DNA from: Candidatus Binatus sp.
GTDB taxonomy: Bacteria; Desulfobacterota; Binatia; Binatales; Binataceae
Assembly: GCF_036567905.1 (NCBI RefSeq)
Contig: NZ_DATCTO010000044.1
Span: 16,916 to 80,915, forward strand
DNA: 64,000 nt
Reading direction: 5' to 3'
The notes under the pieces: generated by a model
The model's database searches: none
Seen by the model: the letters and a program-made list of their open reading frames with translations, nothing else
Told to the model about the DNA's origin: nothing
Shown here: positions 1-10,049 of the stretch, piece by piece
How positions within the stretch are numbered: the stretch's first letter is position 1
How the letters are laid out: every line of letters starts with the position of its first letter
Position numbers and translations under genes: made by a program

Positions 1-1412
<1,412 letters not shown>

Positions 1413-1541
1413 TTATACGCAGTCCGTCTATTCAGATGCGCCATGTGCGACTTTAACAACCGCCACCCCGGCGATCAATACGACCTATCTCGCGAGTACT
1501 GTCTGAATTAAGACACCGAGGGCGGGAAATTAAGACATCGA

Positions 1542-1991
1542 TTATTCGTGCGCGGGCGCGGGCGGTATCGGCTCCGACTTTTTCGCGCGTTCACGTTGCT
1601 GACTCCAGCGCAGATAAATTGTAGTCGCTGCAAACGAAGCCAGATCGGCTAACAAGACTGTGAATCCGGCTATGCTTTTGTCTAGAGCCAACAATCCTAG
1701 ACCTCCGATCAACGCAATCGAGCACAGAATAAAGCCATATCGCATACCCGCTTTTTGACTAGCGACATTAGAATCGATGACCGTTTTTTCCAGATATTGG
1801 CGATGGTGCGCTTGAGCCTCGGCCATGCCGACAATTCGTTCAGCGCAGCCAAGGAATATTTCGTTGTACCGTCTTAGAACTTCGGGCGGGGGCAGCGGAC
1901 CGGAGAAAAAATCGAGTTGTGCACGGAAACCGATGGCTGCGGTTTTGGGTACCGCGGCAGGAGCAGGCTGAACCTCATCAGGGTCAGCCAC
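1542..1991 (-). CDS. DUF2335-like membrane protein
   Basis: 149 aa. The N-terminal part (FSGPLPPPEVLRRYNEI..AERIV) is followed by two hydrophobic helices (GFILCSIALIGGLGLLAL, FTVLLADLASFAATTIYL), a layout I associate with DUF2335. It lies in a visibly lower-GC patch. Confidence 0.55.
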   Translation of the reverse strand: MADPDEVQPAPAAVPKTAAIGFRAQLDFFSGPLPPPEVLRRYNEIFLGCAERIVGMAEAQAHHRQYLEKTVIDSNVASQKAGMRYGFILCSIALIGGLGLLALDKSIAGFTVLLADLASFAATTIYLRWSQQRERAKKSEPIPPAPAHE

Positions 1992-1996
1992 GATTG

Positions 1997-2251
1997 CTAC
2001 GCGACCTTACTGTCAAACAAGTTGCGCTGCCTCGTTTCTCTATCAGTATCATACGCCCAAAACGCGTCGCGAAGGTCTTGGCCCGTAATTCGCCAATCAG
2101 AATATGTGGCGCGTGCATCGGCCTGCTCAGGAGTCCGGCTCACGTTGTAAAAATCCAATTGGCAAAATAGATCGAAGAGTCGAGCAATTCCTGAAAGGAA
2201 GCTCGGAGAGGCGAAAAGAAACCCCGTTTGTACGTCTCCGCTTTCTCCCAT
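1997..2251 (-). CDS. Hypothetical 84-aa protein, first gene of the cassette
   Basis: ATG ORF ending 5 nt before the DUF2335-like gene, on the same strand and in the same lower-GC patch, with a promoter-like element immediately upstream. I recognise no family. Confidence 0.45.
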   Translation of the reverse strand: MGESGDVQTGFLFASPSFLSGIARLFDLFCQLDFYNVSRTPEQADARATYSDWRITGQDLRDAFWAYDTDRETRQRNLFDSKVA

Positions 2252-2258
2252 GCCCTAA

Positions 2259-2287
2259 TTTATAGAGTGTCGAGAGAACAGCCGCAA
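2259..2287 (-). promoter_or_regulatory. Sigma70-like promoter, probably giving a leaderless mRNA
   Basis: The minus strand reads TTGCGG, a 17-nt spacer, then TATAAA. The -10 ends 7 nt before the ATG at 2251, and no RBS fits in between. The palindrome ATATGCATAT (2291-2300) lies just upstream. Confidence 0.45.
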
Positions 2288-2499
2288 GCTATATGCATAT
2301 TTGACTGAACCCTCCCGTTCTGCTCATCGAGGTTTTCTCACTTTTCCGCCCGGAATTACACGCAATTTGAGCAGCTGGTATCCTGCTCTGAGCGTCGATT
2401 GTGGCGTCCGATCTGGCAACGGCGGCACGTCCTGAGGCTCAAGCGCGGCCGCCACTGGCCGCTTCCATCCTTCGTGCATTTCCGCAAGCGTCCATTTCC

Positions 2500-2532
2500 G
2501 TCATCCCGAGCGGAGCCGAGGGACCCCGAATC
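2500..2532 (+). repeat. Copy of the GTCATYCYGAGC...GAAGRATC-type short repeat
   Basis: GTCATCCCGAGCGGAGCCGAGGGACCCCGAATC. Related copies lie at 26346-26376 (reverse), 53067-53105 (forward) and 53151-53179 (reverse). Confidence 0.5.
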
Positions 2533-2644
2533 CGATGTCAGCTCGGTCGCCCCGTTTCAAAATCCCAGCCCCTGCTCAGGGATGCCCTAGTTCAGCCTGC
2601 CCGCGCTTTCGCCGCGCCCGCTTGCGGCGCGCCGTGCCAACGCG

Positions 2645-3196
2645 ATGAAATCCACCGGCCCGCGCACGCCCGAGGGCAAGGCCGTCGTCCGTCTCAACGC
2701 GCTCAAGCACGGTTTCTTCGCCTGCGACGTCGTCAACCCCGAACTCGACGGCCCCGCTCGCGCCGAGGAATTCAATTCGATCCTCGACGCTTTGCTCGAA
2801 GAGTTCCAACCCGAGTCCGCCCGCGAGCGCATCCTGGTGGACGAGGTCGCCGCATGCTGCTGGCGGATCCGGCGATTGCTGCGCTACGAATGCCGCGAAT
2901 CCTGGCTCGATGAGGACGCTTGCCGCCGCGATGCCGCTACTGAGACACCCACCGAATCGCTCCTCGCCACGATGGGTTATGATCACTACGGCGTCCGCCG
3001 GCGCACGGCTCGCAAGCTCCGGCGCAGCGGACTCGACGCCTTTACCCTGCCGGGCGATTCGGATGTGGATAAAATCGTCCGCTTCGAACGAACCGTAAAG
3101 CGCAATCTGTTCCGCGCCCTTGATTCGCTCGAGCGCATCCGGGCCGCGCGCGGTTGCCCGGGATCATCGGACTCGACTTCATCGCCGCGGGAATGA
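2645..3196 (+). CDS. Conserved hypothetical protein
   Basis: 183 aa with balanced, helical-looking composition. The N-terminal PRTPEGKAVVRLNALKHGFFA motif is one I recall recurring in uncharacterised proteins of soil bacteria. No function is known to me. Confidence 0.55.
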   Translation: MKSTGPRTPEGKAVVRLNALKHGFFACDVVNPELDGPARAEEFNSILDALLEEFQPESARERILVDEVAACCWRIRRLLRYECRESWLDEDACRRDAATETPTESLLATMGYDHYGVRRRTARKLRRSGLDAFTLPGDSDVDKIVRFERTVKRNLFRALDSLERIRAARGCPGSSDSTSSPRE

Positions 3197-3355
3197 CTTG
3201 GGCGGCGGACGACGCGCGGCAGAAAATATTTTTGACGGAACAAAGCTAGCCTTTGTGGCATAGCCTCACTGGATCACAACCGGTGGTATGAATTGCCGCT
3301 TCCCGCACAATCTACCCGTCGCTCAGAATGGCAACATCACATCACCAGCCCCGCT

Positions 3356-4144
3356 TCACTTGCCGCACCACACCGGTTTGCGCTTCTCCAGAAACGCCGC
3401 GATCCCTTCCTGCGCGTCCGGCGCCATCGCATTCTGACTCATCACTTCCTTCGTGTACTCGTACGCGTTGGCCGTATCGAGATCGATCTGCGCGTAGAAC
3501 GCCTGCTTGCCAATTCCAATCACGAGCGGGCTCGCCTCGACGATCTGCATCGCCAGCTTACGCGTCTGGGCGATCAGTTCCGCATCGGACACCACCCGGT
3601 TCGCGAGTCCCCACTCGGCCGCCGTGCGCGCATTGACGGGCTGTCCTGTCAGCAGCATTTCCATCGCATGCTTTCGTCCGACCGCGCGCGTCAGCGCAAC
3701 CATCGGCGTCGAGCAGAACAGTCCAATCCTCACGCCCGGCGTGGCGAAACTCGCGCTCTCGCCCGCGACCACGAGATCGCACGTCGCCGCAAGCTGGCAT
3801 CCCGCGGCGGTGGCGATCCCATGCACGCGCGCGATCACCGGCTGCGGAGTCGCCTGAATCGTTTGCATCAGTTGCGCGCACAGATCGAATTCGTACCGGT
3901 AGAATGCAAGGTCGCGCCCCTTCAGTTCGCCGAGGTCGTGGCCGGCCGAGAATGCGGGTCCGTTGCCCGCGATTATCACCGCGCGCAGGTCGGCCCGTTT
4001 GCCGATCGCGCGAAGCTCGGCGGTCAGTTCCGTCATCATCGCGGTCGAGAGCGCGTTGCGCTTCTCGGGACGATTCATCGTAATCGTGACCAGCCCGGCT
4101 TCTTCCTCGACGATCAGATTCTTTTGCGCGTTTTCATTTGCCAT
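3356..4144 (-). CDS. Enoyl-CoA hydratase/isomerase (crotonase family)
   Basis: 262 aa with ITMNRPEKRNALS and AGNGPAFSAGHDLGEL, the crotonase oxyanion-hole motifs. Confidence 0.9.
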   Translation of the reverse strand: MANENAQKNLIVEEEAGLVTITMNRPEKRNALSTAMMTELTAELRAIGKRADLRAVIIAGNGPAFSAGHDLGELKGRDLAFYRYEFDLCAQLMQTIQATPQPVIARVHGIATAAGCQLAATCDLVVAGESASFATPGVRIGLFCSTPMVALTRAVGRKHAMEMLLTGQPVNARTAAEWGLANRVVSDAELIAQTRKLAMQIVEASPLVIGIGKQAFYAQIDLDTANAYEYTKEVMSQNAMAPDAQEGIAAFLEKRKPVWCGK

Positions 4145-4189
4145 CGGTTATTCACCTGCTTTCCATTCTCCCGCTTTTTCAACCGCATG

Positions 4190-5152
4190 CTAATCGTCCG
4201 GATCGTTTTTCCATTCTTCGGGATAGAGCAGCAGCAAATCCTGGCCGAGCGCGCGCACCAGGAATCGCTGCGTCTCGTTGATCGCGCGTTCGAGCGCGCG
4301 TCCGCCAATCAGCCAATGCCCGCGGCCGGCGATCGTCGCCAGCTTCGCGCCGATCGACTCCGCAAACTGCGCGGTCCGCGCCAGCGGCGCAAAGATGTCC
4401 GAGTCGCCCGCTACAATCAGGCGCGGCGCGGCTTTGTCCGCCGCCGCAAACTCGATCGCGCCGGCCATCACATCGGCGGCGATCGCACCCGAGTCCGGCG
4501 CCATCGCATTTATCAAACCGTCGCGAGTGAAAGGATCGGCATCGGCAATCAACTCAAACAATATCCTGCCGCGCGGCGGCTTGATCGGCAGCCGCCACAT
4601 CATCGCCAGCCGATTCGCGAGGCCGCCCGCCAGCGGCGTGCGAAAGCCCGGCGCCAGCGGCGCGTATGCGACCGCGGCCTTCACTCGGCGATGCGCGCTG
4701 AGCTTGAGCGCGACCAATCCCCCGACGCCGTGACCGACCACGATTGCATCGCGGCCAATCCCGTCGATCGCTTCGCCGGCCAGCGCGGCCAAATCATTGA
4801 AGCGAAGTTTCCCCAGCGGAGGCGTCGAGCCTTTGCCGACCACAGCCCGCAAATCCGGAACGAATACTTCCCATCCGATCGACGCGAGATAACCGAACAC
4901 CAGCGCAAGATGCCGCGGCGTAGCGAAAAGTTCGGGCAGCAGCACGATCGGCCACGCGAACTTGACCGGCTCGGGGCGCTCGCATTGCGCGGGGAAGCGG
5001 CCGAGTTCGACGTCGTCCACTGGAGTCTGCCGAATTATGCGGCCCGCGACGCTGCCGCCATCAGGCGCGCGAATTTGAACGACGGAAAAGCCGCGCGCGG
5101 TGTCAGCATCTGCGCGGCGGGAATCGAATTGCCGCCAGCGGTGGAGAACCAC
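4190..5152 (-). CDS. Alpha/beta-fold hydrolase-like protein with an atypical nucleophile elbow
   Basis: 320 aa with alpha/beta-hydrolase architecture. The elbow reads VVGHGVGGLVAL (G-H-G-V-G, no Ser). Asp (AGDSDIF) and His (GRGHW) positions look retained. GTG start. Confidence 0.75.
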   Translation of the reverse strand: MVLHRWRQFDSRRADADTARGFSVVQIRAPDGGSVAGRIIRQTPVDDVELGRFPAQCERPEPVKFAWPIVLLPELFATPRHLALVFGYLASIGWEVFVPDLRAVVGKGSTPPLGKLRFNDLAALAGEAIDGIGRDAIVVGHGVGGLVALKLSAHRRVKAAVAYAPLAPGFRTPLAGGLANRLAMMWRLPIKPPRGRILFELIADADPFTRDGLINAMAPDSGAIAADVMAGAIEFAAADKAAPRLIVAGDSDIFAPLARTAQFAESIGAKLATIAGRGHWLIGGRALERAINETQRFLVRALGQDLLLLYPEEWKNDPDD

Positions 5153-5286
5153 TTGGGCGCGAGCGCGCCAACGATTATCGCGTCAAAATCTTTTGCCAAC
5201 GCAGACATAAGGCTTGCGCAACTTCGCGGCGATCGAACCCTATCATGTTGAACGCGAGCGCCCGCAAGCAAGCGCCGGATAAGGAA

Positions 5287-5312
5287 AGAGCCCCCTCTTT
5301 CGAGGGGGCTCT
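5287..5312 (-). terminator. Terminator-like hairpin downstream of the small Lys-rich ORF
   Basis: 11-bp stem AGAGCCCCCTC / GAGGGGGCTCT with loop TTTC, followed on the minus strand by TTCCTTAT. Two further hairpins (about 5381-5405 and 5331-5346) lie between it and the ORF stop. Confidence 0.5.
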
Positions 5313-5414
5313 CCCGTGTTGCGAGGCCTTTCAGCCTCGGCTTAATCCAGCAGCAATCCTGGCAGCCTTAGCCAGCCTTCGGGGTATTGGCCCGAAGGTA
5401 AACTCGTTAAGTGG

Positions 5415-5522
5415 TTACTTCTTTTTGGTCTTTTTGGCGGCTTTCTTCTTTGCCATTTTGCTCTTTCGCATCGGTTTGGACTTGGTGGCCTTTTTGGCCC
5501 GTATCTTCTTCCTCACTGGCAT
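5415..5522 (-). CDS. 35-aa lysine-rich small protein (MPVRKKIRAKKATKSKPMRKSKMAKKKAAKKTKKK)
   Basis: Below the ORF-track size cutoff. ATG at 5522 is preceded by GGAGGAGG-type RBS (AGGAAGAGGAGGTACCTATG), with a near-consensus promoter about 85 nt upstream and a hairpin terminator downstream. Confidence 0.5.
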   Translation of the reverse strand: MPVRKKIRAKKATKSKPMRKSKMAKKKAAKKTKKK

Positions 5523-5603
5523 AGGTACCTCCTCTTCCTAGGCTGCTGCTGGACAAGCACCCTTTCTTATAGATGAGGGTTCATCCCTCATCGATTCGAG
5601 CCG

Positions 5604-5632
5604 ATTATAGAAACATGTTATTCTAAAATCAA
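5604..5632 (-). promoter_or_regulatory. Near-consensus sigma70 promoter
   Basis: The minus strand reads TTGATT, exactly 17 nt of spacer, then TATAAT, in an AT-rich intergenic region. It points at the small Lys-rich ORF. Confidence 0.55.
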
Positions 5633-5767
5633 GAGCCGCAAGGCGATTTATAAAGAAATTTTAAAGTCGAAAGAGTGCAACCGAACCGGTCTCTTTCGGG
5701 TCTTTAGAATGTCGTTCAAAATTAGATCCCTTGAACTCGGACCGCCGCTTGAATTACGATTGGGCGC

Positions 5768-6091
5768 ATGAGGCGGTTAAGCTTTCTACTGCGCCGCGAG
5801 TGGCTCAGCCTAATCTTCGGCGGGGTTCTCGTGATGCTGCTGTTGAGCGCCGTGCTCGGCAGGCAGGGGCCGCGCGATCTGGTCGCCCTCCAGAGCCATC
5901 GCGCCGCGTTGGAGAAGCGGCGCAATCAACTGGCAGCGGACAACGCCGCGTTCAGAATCCGCATTGCGAAACTTCGTTCCGACGACCGCTATATCGAACG
6001 CCTGATTCGCCGCGAGCTTGGCTACGCGCGCCCCGATGAACTGGTGTACAAATTCGCCGACGACGACGACCACGAAACGCCGCCGCGCTGA
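5768..6091 (+). CDS. ftsB: Cell division protein FtsB/DivIC (septum formation initiator)
   Basis: 107 aa with one N-terminal TM helix, then a coiled coil and the C-terminal motif DDRYIERLIRRELGYARPDE typical of FtsB. Confidence 0.85.
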   Translation: MRRLSFLLRREWLSLIFGGVLVMLLLSAVLGRQGPRDLVALQSHRAALEKRRNQLAADNAAFRIRIAKLRSDDRYIERLIRRELGYARPDELVYKFADDDDHETPPR

Positions 6092-6105
6092 ACTGTCCGC
6101 GAATA

Positions 6106-7440
6106 TCAGAAAACAACGCGCGGGATCAGCCGATACTCGCGAGCCTTAAGTTCCAGTTCTTCGCGGAAATCAGGATGCGCGATCGAGATCAACGCGCGCG
6201 CGCGCTCCGGAACCGATTTGCCTTTCAGGTTGACCATTCCATACTCGGTCACCACGTACATCACGTCGCTGCGCGGCGTCGTCACGATGTTGGAGTCGTC
6301 GATTCGCGCGACGATTCGGCTGGCGCGCCGGCCCGCGCGCTCGTGGGTCGAGGCGAGGCATAGAAATGATTTGCCCCCGCGCGAGTCGCGCGCGCCGCGC
6401 ACGAATTGCAGTTGTCCTCCGGTGCCGCTTATCTGCCGGATTCCGGCCGACTCGGAGCACGCCTGTCCGGTGAGATCGATTTGCGCCGCGTTGCAGATCG
6501 AGATGACGCAGTCGTTGAGCATTATGCGATGCGGCAGGTTGGTGTAATCGACCGAACCCGCAAAGCATGCGGCGTTGCGATCGAGAAAGTCGTACATCCG
6601 TTTCGAACCCGCCGCGAAGGTGTACGCCATCTGGTAGCGGTTGGTCGCTTTGTGCGCGCCGGTCACCTTGCCGGCCTGGTAAAGCGAGACGAGCGAATCG
6701 ACGAACATTTCGGTGTGAATGCCGAGATCCTTGATCGGCGCCGCCGCCAGCAGCTCGCAGACCGCGTTGGGCATCGCGCCGATCCCAATCTGGATGCAGG
6801 CGCCGCTGGAAATTTCCGGCGCGATCAGTTGCGCGACTTTCTGATCGACCGCATTCGCGGCGGGATACTTCAGCTCTGGCATCGCGGATGCGCCGGCGTC
6901 CAGCACGAACTCGACATCATTTATATGCACCGCGTTTTCGATTCCGAAAACGTAAGGCATGCTCGCGTCGGTCTCGACGATCATGGTCCTGGCTCTTTCG
7001 CTGATCGCCTTGTGATACGTGACCGACGGGCCGAAGTTGAAAAATCCGTGCTCGTCCATCGGCGCCGTCTTCAACACCGCGACGTCCACGTCGATGAGGC
7101 GGCGATAGGTGTCGGGCGCCTCGCCGAAGTTCATCGGTATATGATGGGCCAGGCCGCGGTCGTACATCTTTCGTTCCAGTCCCGAAAAATACCACGACAG
7201 GTAAACGAGATGACGTTGTTCGGGATCAGCCTCGGCCGCCGCGCGAGGGCGCATCGCAAGGCATCCGCGGATCTTTACGCGCTTGAGCTTGCGCACTCGT
7301 TCGGCCAGCGCGCGATCGAACAAGTCCGGCTGCCCGAGTCCGAATCCGTACTCGACCCAATCGCCGGATTTGACTCGCGCCGCCGCCTCATCGGCGCTGA
7401 CTTTTTTGCGCTTCAGTTCTCCCTGATAGGAAATCGCCAT
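6106..7440 (-). CDS. Acetyl-CoA hydrolase/transferase family protein (acyl-CoA:acetate CoA-transferase-like)
   Basis: 444 aa. The N-terminus (KVSADEAAARVKSGDWVEYGFGLGQP) and later IQIGIGAMPNAV resemble the family I/4-hydroxybutyrate CoA-transferase group. Confidence 0.8.
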   Translation of the reverse strand: MAISYQGELKRKKVSADEAAARVKSGDWVEYGFGLGQPDLFDRALAERVRKLKRVKIRGCLAMRPRAAAEADPEQRHLVYLSWYFSGLERKMYDRGLAHHIPMNFGEAPDTYRRLIDVDVAVLKTAPMDEHGFFNFGPSVTYHKAISERARTMIVETDASMPYVFGIENAVHINDVEFVLDAGASAMPELKYPAANAVDQKVAQLIAPEISSGACIQIGIGAMPNAVCELLAAAPIKDLGIHTEMFVDSLVSLYQAGKVTGAHKATNRYQMAYTFAAGSKRMYDFLDRNAACFAGSVDYTNLPHRIMLNDCVISICNAAQIDLTGQACSESAGIRQISGTGGQLQFVRGARDSRGGKSFLCLASTHERAGRRASRIVARIDDSNIVTTPRSDVMYVVTEYGMVNLKGKSVPERARALISIAHPDFREELELKAREYRLIPRVVF

Positions 7441-7524
7441 CGGTAAGCCCTCGTATCGATTCCGGTCGATTTGCTTGACTGCACGGCTGGCGTAGGATTC
7501 TCTTCAACCGGCGTACTTCAATCA

Positions 7525-8739
7525 ATGCCAAGTATCGAACCAGTCAAGCAAGCGCCCGCCAGCGCCGAGCCGGCCGCGGCCTCGCGGCTGATACTTTTTC
7601 TGACCGTCTTCATCGACCTGCTCGGCTTCGGCATCGTCATTCCGTTCCTGCCGATGTTCGCGCACAAGATGGGCGTCGGCGCGGTCGGAGTGGGGTTGCT
7701 GCTTTCGATCTATTCGCTGACGCAGTTCGTGTTTGCGCCGATCCTGGGCCGAATCTCCGATCGCATCGGACGCCGGCCGATCCTCCTGCTGGGACTGCTC
7801 GGCTCATCGATCGGCTACTTGATCTACGGATTTGCCGGAACGTTTTTCTGGCTGCTCGCGTCGCGCGCGATGCACGGCGCATGCGCCGCAACGATTTCGA
7901 CCGCGCAGGCCTACATCGCCGACACCACCGACGACGAGCATCGCGCCAAGGGCATGGGACTCATCGGTGCGGCGTTCGGACTCGGCTTCGTGCTGGGGCC
8001 GGCGCTCGGCGGAATCATGGGGCAATCGAGTTTGCGGGCGCCGGTGTTCTTTGCCAGCGCGCTGACGCTGGCGAATTTCATCTTCGCCGCGGCCAGACTG
8101 CCCGAGTCGCATCATGCCGATCGCTCCACGCCGCTGGACCTCTCCCACTTCATCGCGCCGCTGCTGGCAATCCCGCGCCAGTTGCTCCGCCATCGGCTGG
8201 CGCGGATGTTCGCGATTGCATTTCTGCTGACGTTCTCGCTGTCCGCGCTCGAAGCGACGTTTGCGCTGATGGTGCCCGCGGTTTACGGTTACGGCGCGTT
8301 CGGCATCGGCGTATTGCTCGCCTTCTCCGGCCTGATGCAGGCGCTGGCGCAGGGCTATCTGCTGGGAAAAATCGTGGGCCGATTCGGCGAGGCGCGGCTG
8401 CTGAAAATCGGACTGCTGGCGATGATCGTCGGGTTGGCACCGATGGGCTCGATTTCATCGCACGGCGCGTTGCTCGCGATGCTGGCGGCGGTCTCCGTAG
8501 GTTACGGTTTCGCAAGCCCGTCGATCGCCAGCCTAATCTCGCGCAACACCGACCGCGATTTGCAGGGTGAAGTGATGGGCGTGAATCAGTCTGCCATGTC
8601 GCTCGCGCGCATCTGCGGCCCGATCGCGGGCGGCCTGGCGTATCAACTGCTGGGACCGGCGGCGCCCTACCTCGGCGGCGCCGTTGTCGTTATGCTCGCG
8701 CTCGCGACCACCAACCGAATCGATGCTCACGCATCCTGA
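7525..8739 (+). CDS. MFS transporter (Tet/drug-H+ antiporter-like)
   Basis: About 12 hydrophobic segments and the MFS loop motif GRISDRIGRRPILL. Start placed at the ATG at 7525 (MPSIEP) rather than the upstream alternative start. Confidence 0.85.
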   Translation: MPSIEPVKQAPASAEPAAASRLILFLTVFIDLLGFGIVIPFLPMFAHKMGVGAVGVGLLLSIYSLTQFVFAPILGRISDRIGRRPILLLGLLGSSIGYLIYGFAGTFFWLLASRAMHGACAATISTAQAYIADTTDDEHRAKGMGLIGAAFGLGFVLGPALGGIMGQSSLRAPVFFASALTLANFIFAAARLPESHHADRSTPLDLSHFIAPLLAIPRQLLRHRLARMFAIAFLLTFSLSALEATFALMVPAVYGYGAFGIGVLLAFSGLMQALAQGYLLGKIVGRFGEARLLKIGLLAMIVGLAPMGSISSHGALLAMLAAVSVGYGFASPSIASLISRNTDRDLQGEVMGVNQSAMSLARICGPIAGGLAYQLLGPAAPYLGGAVVVMLALATTNRIDAHAS

Positions 8740-8757
8740 CGCAACGGGGGGAATACC

Positions 8758-9186
8758 ATGAACGCGCTTCGCGGCTGCCTTATCGCACTGCATATCTTCG
8801 GCGTCGTTTTCTGGCTGGGCGGGCTGCTGATGATCGCCAGCCTGCTGGCGCGCGTGCCCGAAGAAGTCGGACTGCCCAAGGAACGCTTCCTCGGCGTGGC
8901 GCGCGGATTGTTCGAGGCCACAACCAACCTCGGGGCAGCAATCACGATCTTTCTTGGACTTCTGCTGATCCTGACAAATCCGCCGGTGTTGCGGCAGGGA
9001 TGGTTCCACGTGAAGCTGGCGCTGGTCGCGGTGCTGCTCTTTTATCACGTGCGGTTTTACCGCCGGATCATGTTCCTCGAGGAAAATCCGAGCCAGTCAA
9101 CGCGTCGCGAGTATCGCGTCATCCACGGGATGGTGAGCCTGCTGTTGATCGCGATCCTGATGCTGGCCGTGACGAAACCGTTCTAG
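8758..9186 (+). CDS. HemJ/CopD-family membrane protein (possible protoporphyrinogen oxidase HemJ)
   Basis: 142 aa with 4 TM helices. LHIFGVVFWLGGLL near the N-terminus and WFHVKLALVAVLLFYH resemble the HemJ (UPF0093) pattern as I recall it. Confidence 0.5.
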   Translation: MNALRGCLIALHIFGVVFWLGGLLMIASLLARVPEEVGLPKERFLGVARGLFEATTNLGAAITIFLGLLLILTNPPVLRQGWFHVKLALVAVLLFYHVRFYRRIMFLEENPSQSTRREYRVIHGMVSLLLIAILMLAVTKPF

Positions 9187-9255
9187 CAGCAAACCGAAGT
9201 TTCAGCTCTGGCCGTTGCTCTTTTGTTCAGGCAAGGGCGCACGGGCCAACTCCTG

Positions 9256-10032
9256 CTAGAAATGGTCCTTGAGTTCGCGGAGCTTGGCAAAAATCGCGAT
9301 CGGATCGTCGTCCACCGACGGATCGCGCTGTTTCAGATTCGCCCGCAGCTCGGGGCTGTCGGTACGCAGAAATGGATTGGTCTGCTTCTCGTCGCCGATG
9401 GTGGATGGCACCGTGAACTGGTTTTCCGCGCGCGTTTTCAGGCTCCACTGGTGCTTCTTTTCCAGCGCCTGGTTCCCCGGCTCCAGCGTCAGCGCAAAGC
9501 GTAGATTTTTTTCGGTGTACTCGTGGCCGCAATAAACCCGGGTCGCGTCGGGCAGCGTCGCGAGTTTTTTGAGCGCCGCCACCATCATCGATGCCTTCCC
9601 CTCGAACACGCGGCCGCATCCGCCCACAAACATCGTGTCTCCGGTGAACACCGCGCCGAGCGTTGGAAAATAGTAGGCGACGTGTCCGTTGGTATGCGCC
9701 GGAATTCCGATCACGCGGCCTTCGAGCGCGCCGATTCGAATCAGGTCGCCGTCGGCGACCGGATTTGTCAACGCCGGAATCCTTCCGCCTTCCGCGCTCG
9801 CGCCGTACACTTTGAGTCCCTGCACTTTGGACGCGATGCCGCTGTTGCCGCCGCAATGATCGCCGTGCCAGTGCGTGGTCAGCACTGCGACGATTGTAGC
9901 GCCGTGCGATTTCGCCGCCGCGATCAGCTTGTCGGGCTCGGCGCAATCGACCGCCGCGCATTGCTTGCTGCCGTCGTCGATCACCAGGTACGCGTAGTTG
10001 TCCGATAGCTGCGGGGCGGTGACGATTGGCAT
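9256..10032 (-). CDS. gloB: Hydroxyacylglutathione hydrolase (glyoxalase II)
   Basis: 258 aa MBL fold with THWHGDHCGGN, plus CGHEYT and NPFLR motifs typical of GloB. Confidence 0.9.
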   Translation of the reverse strand: MPIVTAPQLSDNYAYLVIDDGSKQCAAVDCAEPDKLIAAAKSHGATIVAVLTTHWHGDHCGGNSGIASKVQGLKVYGASAEGGRIPALTNPVADGDLIRIGALEGRVIGIPAHTNGHVAYYFPTLGAVFTGDTMFVGGCGRVFEGKASMMVAALKKLATLPDATRVYCGHEYTEKNLRFALTLEPGNQALEKKHQWSLKTRAENQFTVPSTIGDEKQTNPFLRTDSPELRANLKQRDPSVDDDPIAIFAKLRELKDHF

Positions 10033-10049
10033 CGCGATACTCCTTGCCG

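Noticed and set aside
5245-5541. Plus-strand 98-aa ORF with a hydrophobic Phe/Leu-rich C-terminus.
   Set aside because: Its Phe/Leu richness is the antisense image of the Lys codons of the minus-strand micro-ORF. It spans a terminator hairpin and has no promoter or RBS, whereas the minus strand has near-consensus signals. It is not fully excluded without expression data.
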